Shown one piece after another: positions 48,620 to 59,208 of a stretch of 64,000 bases of DNA (positions are counted from its first letter, which is position 1; each line of letters starts with the position of its first letter). The position numbers were made by a program, and so were the translations under genes. The notes below the pieces were generated by a model that was not told the DNA's origin, searched no databases, and saw nothing but the letters and a program-made list of their open reading frames with translations. Location of the stretch: IMG/VR virus record IMGVR_UViG_3300035162_004754, positions 11,040 to 75,039 of that record, one strand, 5' to 3'. This DNA is from a virus.

Positions 48620-49585
48620 TTAGTATCCTACTCCTGTTATTTCATCACCATAATCAACATCATAAACTGGTTCAATTTCTTTAAAACTTAAATCCATTTG
48701 CATAGAAACTGGTGTTCCATCATCATATGTCGCATAAGTTCCGTCTGCCGTATAACTGACATTAATACTTTCCATAAAACATTGTTTGAATTTGTTTAAG
48801 AAAGAATGTTCTGTTGCACCTTGACGATATCTTAATTCAAAAACATCTGGTGTGCTAAGAAATGTTGTGTTAGTCGTAGTAGAACCTTCACCCGATGATA
48901 CTTTGGGTGCCATATGTGTTTTAAAGCATCTAATAATGTTTTTAATTTCTATTGCTTCGTCTCTATTTCTTGGAGTCATTTTGAATGAAAATCTAAAAGA
49001 TCTCAAAGATGGTCCATTAAAAAGAAGTTCCATATTAGGATTTAAGATTTCACCCGATGTTCTTGCCAAAAGTTGATCTGGAGTAATATTGACACCTGCG
49101 ATTCCTGCTGCTTCACTTGCCAATTGTCTAGTAAGAAATCCTTGAACTCCTCCAATTCCTCCTGACGATTTACTAATACGTTCTAGAGTTCTAGCACCTG
49201 CATCAAGTACACTTTGAGCTCCTTCTTTCATATCTTTGTTAAAGTCTGCACCAGCTCCCATAATGCCACCAACACCACTGACTAATGCAGCTCCAATACT
49301 ATTCAAACTGGAGTCACCATATTTTGTACTATTACTATCACTAATATTTGATGGAATTGGAAGTAGTATGGTTTTTATTTTACTCTTTCCCTGCTGAGGC
49401 CCCTGATTTCTTCTACCACCCGGTGCGTTTACGAGAGGTTTTCCAATAGGTTTATACTTAATAACATCTATTTGCAGATAATCTGTAGTTTCTGCAATCA
49501 TTGTATATGGATAACGTAATACTTTTTTATTACTAGAGGGTTTGTAATCTGAGGATAATGGTACAGTTCCTGGTGTTGCCGCCAT
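48620..49585 (-). CDS. gp48: Baseplate tail-tube cap
   Basis: NPNMELLF.GP.LRSF.F.F, LSFKEIEP. Confidence 0.85.
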   Translation of the reverse strand: MAATPGTVPLSSDYKPSSNKKVLRYPYTMIAETTDYLQIDVIKYKPIGKPLVNAPGGRRNQGPQQGKSKIKTILLPIPSNISDSNSTKYGDSSLNSIGAALVSGVGGIMGAGADFNKDMKEGAQSVLDAGARTLERISKSSGGIGGVQGFLTRQLASEAAGIAGVNITPDQLLARTSGEILNPNMELLFNGPSLRSFRFSFKMTPRNRDEAIEIKNIIRCFKTHMAPKVSSGEGSTTTNTTFLSTPDVFELRYRQGATEHSFLNKFKQCFMESINVSYTADGTYATYDDGTPVSMQMDLSFKEIEPVYDVDYGDEITGVGY

Positions 49586-49605
49586 CTATATTTCTCTCTT
49601 TACAA

Positions 49606-50007
49606 CTATTTAGAACGAACTTTAGCAAAACCGAGTTCTATCACATCAGACATCTCTTCTGGATAGATTTCGTAGAGTCCACCGATGATTTGATTGTAAT
49701 CATATTGCCTTCTACTATTCTGTGTATCCCAATGAAAATTAATTCCACGAAACCCCCAAGAAAATACTTCGGTAACACCTACAAGAGGGTGTTGGTCATA
49801 CTGCATTCCTGGTGTCTTGGCATTATAAAAGAAGGTATAATATTTTCCACTAGAAGGAACTTTACCACCTTCGGATAAAACACTGATTAATTCAGTCATA
49901 ATATCATCAGCAGTTTCAATACCAATTAAATTATCAACAACACCACGCACACGATTATCATTATCTTCTGTTGGATTTCTTCTTTGTTGGAGTGTCTTTC
50001 TTGGCAT
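49606..50007 (-). CDS. gp2: DNA end protector-like protein
   Basis: YYTFFYNAKT, YDQHPLV, GINFHW; synteny with gp4. Confidence 0.65.
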   Translation of the reverse strand: MPRKTLQQRRNPTEDNDNRVRGVVDNLIGIETADDIMTELISVLSEGGKVPSSGKYYTFFYNAKTPGMQYDQHPLVGVTEVFSWGFRGINFHWDTQNSRRQYDYNQIIGGLYEIYPEEMSDVIELGFAKVRSK

Positions 50008-50444
50008 TACTTAATACCGAGTTCGTTTTCTGTAAGGACCTTAAACTCATAACCATGATCTAAACACCATTCTTTGGCGGCATTCCACTTTGCCTGATTT
50101 TTAGCATACTCAACGACTTCATAGATATAACCTTTTGTCTTTCTTTGTTTGACTTTAGGTTCGATACACTGTTTAAATGGTTTGATTTCAATAATCATTT
50201 TTTTAATCATACCATTTGATTCTTTGACCTTAATATAAAAGTCTGGAAAGTATCTGTGGTATCTGTTATCAATGGGTGAACGATAGGGAACAATAACTTC
50301 TTCACTTCCCCATTCTAAAATATTCTGGTTATTGTCACAATAAATCATAAATCGACGCTCCCATAAGGAACGATATACGATGTTATTGGGATCACCCTTA
50401 TACTTTTTAGGATAAGATGGTTTATATTTTCCCTTATATGACAT
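50007..50444 (-). CDS. gp4: Head completion nuclease
   Basis: KYKGD, YRSLWE, WGSEE, RYFPDF, EIKP, NQAKW. Confidence 0.92.
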   Translation of the reverse strand: MSYKGKYKPSYPKKYKGDPNNIVYRSLWERRFMIYCDNNQNILEWGSEEVIVPYRSPIDNRYHRYFPDFYIKVKESNGMIKKMIIEIKPFKQCIEPKVKQRKTKGYIYEVVEYAKNQAKWNAAKEWCLDHGYEFKVLTENELGIK

Positions 50445-50484
50445 CTAAATAACTAATAATAAAAGACCATATAAGGTATTTAGA

Positions 50485-51444
50485 GTGGCAGTAAAACCTA
50501 TAGTAAAATTTATTAGAAACTCTAGAGGTGGAGATGGTGATGTAGATCCTCAACGTTTATTTGGAAATTTAGCACAGACTAATCACTATCAAGTAGATTT
50601 TTCATCTCTTTCAACTTTTGGTGGTCAAGGACTTTTGGGATATATAGAGTCTAAGTTTGGAGTTAATTTAGATTTTATTTCTCGTAATTCTGGTCTTCTT
50701 TGTTCTGAAGCATCATTACCAGGAACTAGTCTTGCGACGGCAGAAGTAAAAGACAACTTTATGGGAATATCGCAAGAATTTGCCCATACGAGATTATACA
50801 CTGATTTTGATTTTACTTTTTATGTCGATAGTGACTATAATAATCTGAGATTTTTTGAGGGATGGATTGATTTTATTTCAAGTGGCAGTGAAATTGGTGA
50901 TGGAGCACTTCCCTCACAATCTAATTACTATCGTAGAATGAGATATCCCGATAGTTATAAGTGTCAGACAATATCAATTACTAAATTTGAAAAGAATTTT
51001 GGACCTAGAATAACATATTCATTCATGAATGCATTTCCAAAATTAATCAGTGCAGTTCCCGTTTCTTATGGTGGTGCCGATGTATTAAAAGTGAGTGTAA
51101 GTTTTAATTATGATCGATATGTTATAGGTAATAATGGATTTTCTAAAGGATTTCAAGGTTCTTTTGCTGATCCTAAACAACAATCTTCGGAATTGAAACA
51201 AGTACAACTTAATACACTTAAATCTGTAACTCCTCCGGCAGCAACAGGAGCACCGGCAGCAGCAACAGAGGTAGCAAGACAAACAAGACTTGAAGCAGAG
51301 ACACAAAGAATTGTGGATAGTAATACTGTTCCTGCCGGTTCTTTTGGTATTACCCCTAGATCTGCTCCGGAAGGCGCTTTTGGAATTTCTGAAGCAGGGA
51401 GAAGACAAGCATATGCTAATCGTGCTCAATTGGGTGAAATATAA
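50485..51444 (+). CDS. gp54: Baseplate tail-tube initiator (tube-protein-like)
   Basis: LLCSEASLPG, FTFYVD, FFEGW, AFP; synteny. Confidence 0.7.
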   Translation: MAVKPIVKFIRNSRGGDGDVDPQRLFGNLAQTNHYQVDFSSLSTFGGQGLLGYIESKFGVNLDFISRNSGLLCSEASLPGTSLATAEVKDNFMGISQEFAHTRLYTDFDFTFYVDSDYNNLRFFEGWIDFISSGSEIGDGALPSQSNYYRRMRYPDSYKCQTISITKFEKNFGPRITYSFMNAFPKLISAVPVSYGGADVLKVSVSFNYDRYVIGNNGFSKGFQGSFADPKQQSSELKQVQLNTLKSVTPPAATGAPAAATEVARQTRLEAETQRIVDSNTVPAGSFGITPRSAPEGAFGISEAGRRQAYANRAQLGEI

Positions 51445-51481
51445 CTCTCTAAATAAAAATAACTGAATTATATTAATTACT

Positions 51482-52204
51482 ATGCCTTTACCTAAGATTA
51501 ATACTCCAACGTATGAGATGACGTTGCCTTCCACAGGAAAGAAGATTAAATATAGACCTTTCCTTGTGAGAGAAGAAAAGATTTTAATTCTGGCAATGGA
51601 ATCTGAAAATATGACAGATATTACCAATTCCATTATACAAATTCTTTCTGATTGTATTCTTACTGAAAATGTAAAAATCGAATCTCTTGCCACTTTTGAT
51701 ATTGAATATTTGTTTCTAAATGTAAGAGCAAGATCTGTTGGAGAAACTGTTGATGTGAATATTACTTGTCCTGATGATGGTGAGACACAGGTAGAAATGT
51801 CGATTGATATTGATTCGATTAAGATTCAGAAGACTAGAGGTCATAAGAATATTATTAAACTAGATGATGAACTCTCAATGAAACTTCGTTATCCTTCACT
51901 GGATCAATTTGTTGAGAATAATTTTGAGACCGGAGAAGTTGTAAGTGAAGTTGGACAATCACTTGCAATGATTTCATCTTGTATTGAGATGATTTACAAT
52001 CAAGAAGAAAGTTGGGAAGCATCCGAATATTCGAGAAAAGAACTTGATGAGTTCCTTGAACAAATGAACACAAAACAATTTAAACAAATCGAAAAGTTCT
52101 TTACTACAATGCCAAAACTTTCTCATACAATTGCAGTAAAAAATCCAGAAACTGGTGTGGAATCTGAAGTTGTTTTGGAAGGACTAGCAAGTTTTTTCAG
52201 TTAG
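51482..52204 (+). CDS. gp26: Baseplate hub assembly chaperone
   Basis: MPLPK, YRPFLVREEK, FDIEYLFL..RARSVGE, MPKL, LEGLASFF. Confidence 0.92.
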   Translation: MPLPKINTPTYEMTLPSTGKKIKYRPFLVREEKILILAMESENMTDITNSIIQILSDCILTENVKIESLATFDIEYLFLNVRARSVGETVDVNITCPDDGETQVEMSIDIDSIKIQKTRGHKNIIKLDDELSMKLRYPSLDQFVENNFETGEVVSEVGQSLAMISSCIEMIYNQEESWEASEYSRKELDEFLEQMNTKQFKQIEKFFTTMPKLSHTIAVKNPETGVESEVVLEGLASFFS

Positions 52205-52206
52205 GT

Positions 52207-52386
52207 ATGGCTCATACAAGTCTTGAGTCATACTACAAGATAAATTTTGCCTTGATGCAGCATCATAAATATTCATTAACAGAACTAGAAAATATGATTC
52301 CGTGGGAGAGAGAAGTTTATCTTGCTCTACTTCAACAATACATTGAAGAAGAAAACCTAAAGGCACAACAGCAAAGTGGAATCTAA
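52207..52386 (+). CDS. gp51: Baseplate hub assembly catalyst (59 aa)
   Basis: Read manually: ...YYKINFALMQHHKYSLTELENMIPWEREVY... Confidence 0.88.
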   Translation: MAHTSLESYYKINFALMQHHKYSLTELENMIPWEREVYLALLQQYIEEENLKAQQQSGI

Positions 52387-54037
52387 CTTAAGTATAAAGA
52401 CAACAAATACACCAAAGTTTAATGTAAAGACTGTTTCATCGGCAGTTTTTGGAAAAGAAGATAGTGCTGGAGGTAGTTCCGGAGAATCTCTCAAAAATAT
52501 TCATAAGACACTAAGTAAATTATCTGGACATATAAGAAAATCTCTAGTTCGGATTAAGGCATTAGAGTTTAATTTATCAAAAATAACTCCTAAAGTTGAA
52601 GAAGTAGAAAAGAAAGTAATAGTTAATGCTGAAAAAATTACAAAAATTAAAAATATAATAAAAACACAGAAAAGTAATATAGGTGAAAAACTTCCTGGTA
52701 GTAATAAAGACGATTTAACTAAAAATCTAATAGAAACAAATAAAATTCTTGTTCAAATTCAAAAAGAACTTATGAGAAGTTCTGCATTGAGATCGCAAGG
52801 TGGAAGAGGTGAAACTGATAGAGAAAAAAGAAGTGCATCTAAAGCAAAACTCAATAAAGAAGAGAGTCAATTAGAAAAATCATCTAGAAGAATACAAAAA
52901 TCTGTAAGTGAAAAGTCAAATGAATCTTTAGCACCGGTCAAGGGAATCTTTGGTCGTATTATGGACTTTATTGGAACTCTTGCACTTGGAATTGCCGCAA
53001 ATGCAATATTTGAATGGTTGAAGAATCCGGAAAACATGGAGAAAGTGAAGGGATGGTTTAGTTGGATTAGAGAAAATTGGGGTTGGGCAGCTGCCGCAGT
53101 CGGAGCAATTGCATTATTCCCTCTGATTGGAGCTATCGGTGGATTGATAGGATCATTGGGATTAATGATGCCACTTTTTGCTGCGGCAGTTCCCTTCCTT
53201 GCAAAAGCACTATTGATTGCCGGTGCGGCAGTTCTTGCATGGAAAGGATTGGAAGCAGGTTTTAAAGCAGCAAGAAATCAATTGACTGGTGGCACACAAT
53301 TTAGTGCCGCACATGATATTCTTGACAAAAAATTGAAAGATGCCGGACTTGACAAAGATGGAAAGAAAAGAAGTAAAGGTGCTTCTTGGGATTTCTTAGG
53401 GTGGGCAGGAACAAGAAAAGAAGAGAAAATGACAAATGAGGAGGAAGCAATTTCTCAAGAAGTTTTAACAAAGAGAAAACAACTCAATGATATGAGAGAT
53501 AATATGAGAGGAGAAATCCGTGATAAACATCGTAGTATGGATAATGACTCTGGATTGAGTGGAACTTCTAGTAATGAGGATGTTGGCAAACATAATCAAA
53601 CTAAATCAGAAGCAGAAAAAGAAATTAGAGAGAAATATTCAGAAAAAATTTCACAAATTGTTCCAATAGATTTTGAGACTAATACAACTAAAGTTGAAGC
53701 AAGAGCAAAGGGTGGTAATATAAAAGCAGGAACACCTTATCTTGTAGGTGAAGAAGGTCCAGAACTTAGAGTATTTTCTAGTGGTGGAAGTATTGTTAGT
53801 AATCCAAAAACGAAAGAAATAATGCAGAAAGCATATAACAATATAACTTCTAGAAAAAGAGGTCGTGGAGGAGTAAATATAACAACTCTTCCAACAATTG
53901 CAAATCAATTACCACCACCAGAAATGCCAAATATGGGTGTTGGAGAGGGAGCAACTGAAGTTCCTGAAATCTCTAGTGTTAATATGTCAAATCCTTATCG
54001 TCAATTAACTCCAATGCTATATGGAATAACCGTTTAG
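52376..54037 (+). CDS. Tape-measure-like protein A
   Basis: Coiled coil, hydrophobic Gly/Ala middle, ARAKGG..YLVGEEGPEL motif. Confidence 0.6.
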   Translation: MESNLSIKTTNTPKFNVKTVSSAVFGKEDSAGGSSGESLKNIHKTLSKLSGHIRKSLVRIKALEFNLSKITPKVEEVEKKVIVNAEKITKIKNIIKTQKSNIGEKLPGSNKDDLTKNLIETNKILVQIQKELMRSSALRSQGGRGETDREKRSASKAKLNKEESQLEKSSRRIQKSVSEKSNESLAPVKGIFGRIMDFIGTLALGIAANAIFEWLKNPENMEKVKGWFSWIRENWGWAAAAVGAIALFPLIGAIGGLIGSLGLMMPLFAAAVPFLAKALLIAGAAVLAWKGLEAGFKAARNQLTGGTQFSAAHDILDKKLKDAGLDKDGKKRSKGASWDFLGWAGTRKEEKMTNEEEAISQEVLTKRKQLNDMRDNMRGEIRDKHRSMDNDSGLSGTSSNEDVGKHNQTKSEAEKEIREKYSEKISQIVPIDFETNTTKVEARAKGGNIKAGTPYLVGEEGPELRVFSSGGSIVSNPKTKEIMQKAYNNITSRKRGRGGVNITTLPTIANQLPPPEMPNMGVGEGATEVPEISSVNMSNPYRQLTPMLYGITV

Positions 54038-54041
54038 TATT

Positions 54042-55769
54042 ATGGCAGTATCTTTAATAGCAGGATTAGTAAGAACGGCAGGATCCCAAGTTGCAAAGAA
54101 GGGAGTTAAAAGAATTGCCGTAAAAAAAACAAAATCTCTTATTAAGGATAAAGATAAAGATAAAGTATCTAATAAAAAAACTGATAAATTATCAAAAAAA
54201 TCAGAACTTATTTCATCAGAAGAAAATAAAATTGAACAACTTTCTTCAATATCTAAAGGAGGAGGTGAAGCAATATTAAGTTCTACTGGAACTTCAGGAA
54301 AACTTACAATTAAAAAAGCACCAGATTCAAAATCTCAATCTGAACAACTTAAAATTAATGTAACTAATATTCATAAGTTTCTTGTAAAATCTAATAATCA
54401 ATATACAAAAAATGAATCTCAGAATAAAAAACTAAGAAAAAGACAAGAAAGTAAAAGAAAACTTGGTCGAGAAGAAAAAACATTAGAAAAAAGAACTTCT
54501 CCTATTGGTAAGAGTGCAAAAAATATAAAAAATGTTATTACTTCTAGTGGTAGTATTTTTGATAAACTTTTTGAATTTATTGGTCTTATATTAACGGGAA
54601 TTATAGTTAATGCACTTCCTGCAATTATATCCAAAGTAAGAGAAATTGTTGATAATATTGTAAACTTCTTAACTCCAATTCAAAGTGGATTTAATTTGAT
54701 AATGGGATTTTTTACCGGTGAAATAGATGAAAATAAATTTGATGCCGATAAAAAAAGACTTGATGATAGTTTAGAAAATATGAATCGTAAGGATGGAATA
54801 ATTGATACAATTGCAAAGAAAGTAGGTCCTTTCGGTGGTCTTGTTAAACTTCTGAAACCGGCAATTAATTCCATGCGTAATGCAATTGGTGGTAAAAAAA
54901 AGGTTCTTGCGAGAAAAGATGGTAAGGAAGGAGTATTAGATACAGAAACAGATATATTTACCGAAAGACAATTTACTTCTACAGAAAGGAAAAGAGTGGA
55001 TGATCAAGAAAGAGGTGGTGGTGGAGGTGAACCTCCTGTAAATACGCCCAATATTGCAACTACTACTACTAAATTAAAACCAGGACATTATTATTTTCCT
55101 CTTCCAAAAGGACGATTTGCTGGAGCAGCTGCACAATATTATGGAGCAGGAAGAGGATATGGTGGTCATGCCGGAATTGATTTGACAGAAAAACCTCCAT
55201 TTGGTTCAAAACCAAACATTGATGTTGTTGCACTGGCAGGTGGAACGGTCATAGGTGATAAGTATCTTGCCGGAAAAGAATATATGTCTGGAATGATGAT
55301 AAAAGGAAATGATGGGTATGATCAAAGATATCTTCATATGACTCCCATGTTAAAAGTTGGAGATTCTGTAAAAGCAGGTCAAAAAATTGGTGAGTTAGTT
55401 GATATGACAAATGTGACTGGTAATATTGATGAAACACATTTACATTTTGAAGTATATAAAAGGGGTCAAGGTGGACACTTAAGTCCTCATAAAATTTATC
55501 CGAAATTTTTTAAAGATCCAAATACTGCTCCTAGATCTTTTGATAATAGATCAAATGCAAGTGGAGGTAATAGGATTGTACCAGTTAAAAGGAATGAGAA
55601 TATTGATAAAATATCTAATTCTGGAATGTCAGAAAATACTTCTACATATTATTATATTCAACCGGTTGATACTGTTCAATATCAAGTTGTTCCATTTCCA
55701 GTTCCAATGAAGAAAAATTCAAATACTTCTACTGAACAATCTGAATTAAATCCAATATGGATGAAGTAA
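54042..55769 (+). CDS. Tape-measure-like protein B with M23 peptidase domain
   Basis: HAGIDL, YLHM, VKAGQKIG, HLHFEV. Confidence 0.75.
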   Translation: MAVSLIAGLVRTAGSQVAKKGVKRIAVKKTKSLIKDKDKDKVSNKKTDKLSKKSELISSEENKIEQLSSISKGGGEAILSSTGTSGKLTIKKAPDSKSQSEQLKINVTNIHKFLVKSNNQYTKNESQNKKLRKRQESKRKLGREEKTLEKRTSPIGKSAKNIKNVITSSGSIFDKLFEFIGLILTGIIVNALPAIISKVREIVDNIVNFLTPIQSGFNLIMGFFTGEIDENKFDADKKRLDDSLENMNRKDGIIDTIAKKVGPFGGLVKLLKPAINSMRNAIGGKKKVLARKDGKEGVLDTETDIFTERQFTSTERKRVDDQERGGGGGEPPVNTPNIATTTTKLKPGHYYFPLPKGRFAGAAAQYYGAGRGYGGHAGIDLTEKPPFGSKPNIDVVALAGGTVIGDKYLAGKEYMSGMMIKGNDGYDQRYLHMTPMLKVGDSVKAGQKIGELVDMTNVTGNIDETHLHFEVYKRGQGGHLSPHKIYPKFFKDPNTAPRSFDNRSNASGGNRIVPVKRNENIDKISNSGMSENTSTYYYIQPVDTVQYQVVPFPVPMKKNSNTSTEQSELNPIWMK

Positions 55770-57344
55770 ATGGATAAAAATTTAGACCAAATTAAAAAAG
55801 TAAAACTTAATCTCTCTAATATTCACAGTATTCTTGTTAGAGATAATAAGAATCAGAAAAAAATAATTTCAAAAAAAGAAAAAACATCTATTAGACAAAT
55901 AAGTAAGAAAAAGTTAAAAAATGAAGAACAAAAATTAGAATCTCCAATAAAATCTTCACTGAATAAAGTCAAAGAATCAACAGGATCTCCATCTGGTTCA
56001 TCTGGTGGTAGTATTTTTGATAAAATATTAGAATTTGGTGGATTGCTCTTAACTGGCATAATAGTCAATGCACTTCCTGCTATTATAGAGAAAGTGAAAG
56101 AAATTATTGATAATATTACAAACTTCTTAAAACCAGTTCAAAGTGGATTCAATTTAATTAAGGCATTTTTTACCGGAGAATTTAATGATAGTAAATTTGA
56201 TGTTGATAAAAAAAAATTTGATGATGGTTTAAATGATATAAATGGAAAGGATGGATTGGTTGACAAAATTGCAGAAAAAATGGGTCCTTTTGGTGGATTC
56301 ATTAAAATGTTAAAACCTGCTATCAATTCTGTTCGAGGTGCAATTGGTGGTGAAAAAATAGTTTATGCTAAAAAGGATGGTAAGGAAGGAGTATTAAATA
56401 GAGAAACTGGAATATTTACTGAAAAGCAATTTGTTTCTACAAAGAAGGAAAAAAAAGTAGAGTATTATGGTCCCGGATTTGGTCCTAATGGAGAAACTGA
56501 ATCTCAAATTAATGATACACAAGAATCTATTGAAGATGCCGTAGTAGTTCCAGATGATGATCATTCTGTAAACACTCCTAAAAGTGGAGGAGGAACTTAT
56601 CCTGGATTTGTGCCAGGAACAAGTCCCAAAACAATATATTTCCATTGGAGTGGTGGCATAGGTTATAACGGTCAACCGGCACCATATCATTCTTATGTGG
56701 ATGGTGCCGGAAAGATGCATTATAATAGTCCCTATACCGTAGATAAAAATGAACACACATGGAAAAGAAATACTAATTCAGTTGCAATTGCCGCAAATGC
56801 AATGGGACATGTGGGTCAAAAAAATGCTTATATTGAATCAAAAGGTTGGGCACAAACTCCATTAAAAAATATTCAAGTCAATTCAATGACTCTTGAAGCA
56901 GCAAAATTAGCACTCGCATGGGGTTGGAAAGAGAAGGATATTAATATCAAAAACATAATGACTCATGCAGAAGCTGCTGCAAATAGAGACGGACGTTCAC
57001 CGACAGTGAACTATGGTCCTGAAGGAGAACCGGAAAGAAGATGGGACTTATGGTATCTTAAGCAGGGTGGTAAAAAGTGGAGTGGTGGTCCAATTATGCG
57101 AAATATGATTAAAAAACACCTTAAAAATTTGAATGCACAAAATAATAAAAGTAATGCATCAGGTGGACCTCATGACACAATACAACCAAATCCTTATATA
57201 CCTAAAATAGATGAAAGAAAAATGGCAGCAATTAATCAACCAATGTATGAAGATTTAGATGATGAAGAAGAAATGGTAAATGTTTATATACAACAAATAA
57301 ATACTACGAGAACAGTATATAATTATCAACCAATACCTGTATAA
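55770..57344 (+). CDS. Tape-measure-like protein C with N-acetylmuramoyl-L-alanine amidase-like domain
   Basis: IYFHWSGG, YH, HTWKRNTNSVAI, MTHAE; N-half paralogous to protein B. Confidence 0.7.
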   Translation: MDKNLDQIKKVKLNLSNIHSILVRDNKNQKKIISKKEKTSIRQISKKKLKNEEQKLESPIKSSLNKVKESTGSPSGSSGGSIFDKILEFGGLLLTGIIVNALPAIIEKVKEIIDNITNFLKPVQSGFNLIKAFFTGEFNDSKFDVDKKKFDDGLNDINGKDGLVDKIAEKMGPFGGFIKMLKPAINSVRGAIGGEKIVYAKKDGKEGVLNRETGIFTEKQFVSTKKEKKVEYYGPGFGPNGETESQINDTQESIEDAVVVPDDDHSVNTPKSGGGTYPGFVPGTSPKTIYFHWSGGIGYNGQPAPYHSYVDGAGKMHYNSPYTVDKNEHTWKRNTNSVAIAANAMGHVGQKNAYIESKGWAQTPLKNIQVNSMTLEAAKLALAWGWKEKDINIKNIMTHAEAAANRDGRSPTVNYGPEGEPERRWDLWYLKQGGKKWSGGPIMRNMIKKHLKNLNAQNNKSNASGGPHDTIQPNPYIPKIDERKMAAINQPMYEDLDDEEEMVNVYIQQINTTRTVYNYQPIPV

Positions 57345-57374
57345 TTTTTCTGAGGAGTATAAGCATAAAAATAA

Positions 57375-58667
57375 ATGGCAAATCCATCATCTGCAGCAAA
57401 ATATCAACTATTCACAATAACAAAAAATAATAAAACATTTCCACTCCAATCTAAGGTTACGAGTTTTGATTATTATGAAAGTTTATTGTCTCCAAATATT
57501 ACTGCCATTATGACATTCGTGGATAGTGGTTTAGTTGAGAAAGGTGATGAACTAGTAAAGTATGATAAAGAGTACGATAAACAAGAGAGACCAGGAACAT
57601 TATATAATGCACTTCCAATTGTTGGTGATGGATCCGAAGAAATTAAATTTAAAGTATCATCGGCACTTGGAACTTTAGACTTTTCAAAAACTCCATTATA
57701 TGTAAATGGTGCATCCAATCCAGATCAAAGTTCGACTCGTGAGTCTGTCATTCTAAGTCTTGTTTCTAAATCTGCAATTACAAATCAAGAAACCTTTGTA
57801 AAGAGAAATTATTCAAAGTCAACTAATAATACACAATCAGTTAGATTGATTGCAAAAAATCTCTTAAAAATTGATAAACTTATTGCAGATGAAACTTCAA
57901 ATAAGTATCCATTTATTGGAGAGAATAAATCGCCATTTGATGTAATTTGTACATTAGCATCAAAATCTACCCCAGAAAATGGATCTCCTGGTTTCTTCTT
58001 CTACGAAACCCGTGATGGGCATAACTTTAGATCAATTGACGATTTAATATCTCAAACACCTGCCGCAATCTATTTTCGTAATGATGTTAATAGAAGTAGT
58101 GTAAGTGATAATTCAAATGATTTTAAGATTTTATCTTTTAATATTATTAAAAATCAAAATCTAATCAATGCACTAAAATCTGGTGTGTATTCAAATCGTA
58201 GAGTTGTATTTAATCCTAAAACTTTTAAATTAGAAGAAAAACAATTTAATATAAAACCTTTAAAAAAATCACTAGGTAAAAAAGAAGCACCGACACCACA
58301 AGATAAAAAGCATACTAGAATACTATTCAGTATAAAAGATGTTGGAGCACTTTCTTCAAAAGTAGAAGAAAGTGATGAAGGTGATGTGAATAGTTATCAA
58401 GGTGAGGTTCAAATGAGATATAATTTACTGTTTACACAGATGGTAAAAATGCAAGTTCCTTGCAATCCAAATCTTAAGGCAGGTGATATTGTTAAGTGTA
58501 ATTTAGAAATTATTACTCCGGGAGAAAAAGAGCAAGGTTCAGTTGATCCTGTAGAGAGTGGTAATTATATGATTTTAGATTTATGTCACCATTATGATCC
58601 CGAAAGATCATTTACCGCAATGACTCTTGTTCGTGATACATACGGTCTATATACAGATAAAAACTAA
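57375..58667 (+). CDS. Baseplate hub protein (gp27-like)
   Basis: YYESLLSP, FFFYETRDG..FRSID, VPCNPNL.AGD, SGNY.I..LCH. Confidence 0.7.
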   Translation: MANPSSAAKYQLFTITKNNKTFPLQSKVTSFDYYESLLSPNITAIMTFVDSGLVEKGDELVKYDKEYDKQERPGTLYNALPIVGDGSEEIKFKVSSALGTLDFSKTPLYVNGASNPDQSSTRESVILSLVSKSAITNQETFVKRNYSKSTNNTQSVRLIAKNLLKIDKLIADETSNKYPFIGENKSPFDVICTLASKSTPENGSPGFFFYETRDGHNFRSIDDLISQTPAAIYFRNDVNRSSVSDNSNDFKILSFNIIKNQNLINALKSGVYSNRRVVFNPKTFKLEEKQFNIKPLKKSLGKKEAPTPQDKKHTRILFSIKDVGALSSKVEESDEGDVNSYQGEVQMRYNLLFTQMVKMQVPCNPNLKAGDIVKCNLEIITPGEKEQGSVDPVESGNYMILDLCHHYDPERSFTAMTLVRDTYGLYTDKN

Positions 58668-58669
58668 AA

Positions 58670-59176
58670 ATGGCAAATAATACTGGATACGATTTTGGTA
58701 GTAATAAATGGTTTTTGGGACAAGTTCCTCCTGAAAGTAATCAACATTATGGAGTTGAATGGCCTGATCAGCATGGAGATAGGGTAAAAGTTAGAATACC
58801 CGGAATGCATCCGATGGGAAGTAATGAAGATGCATATGAACTTCTTGATAAGGATCTTCCTTGGGCAATTGTTGCAAAACCAACAACACATGGAAATCGT
58901 AACTATCAAAGTTCGGGAATTTGGGGTGGAGAATGGGTAATTGGATTTTTTATGGATGAAGATTGTCAGATTCCGGTGATTACACAAGTGTTATCTAATC
59001 ATGTCCCAGGTGAAATTAGAGAATCGACGAATGGAACAACATTAGGAAAACCTGTGAAAAGGTATACTCGTGGAAATCCTGCATTCAATGCTCAAATCAA
59101 ATCTCCAAGTGTTACAGGATCGATGAAGACAAAGTTTGATTTGGATAAAACCTTTTTTAATAGTGCCAAAAAGTGA
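58670..59176 (+). CDS. gp5: gp5 N-terminal OB-fold domain protein
   Basis: WFLGQV, RVKVRIPGMH, LPWA, WVIGFFMD..Q.PVI. Confidence 0.8.
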   Translation: MANNTGYDFGSNKWFLGQVPPESNQHYGVEWPDQHGDRVKVRIPGMHPMGSNEDAYELLDKDLPWAIVAKPTTHGNRNYQSSGIWGGEWVIGFFMDEDCQIPVITQVLSNHVPGEIRESTNGTTLGKPVKRYTRGNPAFNAQIKSPSVTGSMKTKFDLDKTFFNSAKK

Positions 59177-59208
59177 ATAAATACGAGCATAAGGAGGTAA
59201 AATTGTAA

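Noticed and set aside
51085-51693. 202-aa minus-strand Cys-rich ORF and other short antisense ORFs in the track
   Set aside because: They overlap well-supported plus-strand genes and have no recognisable motifs
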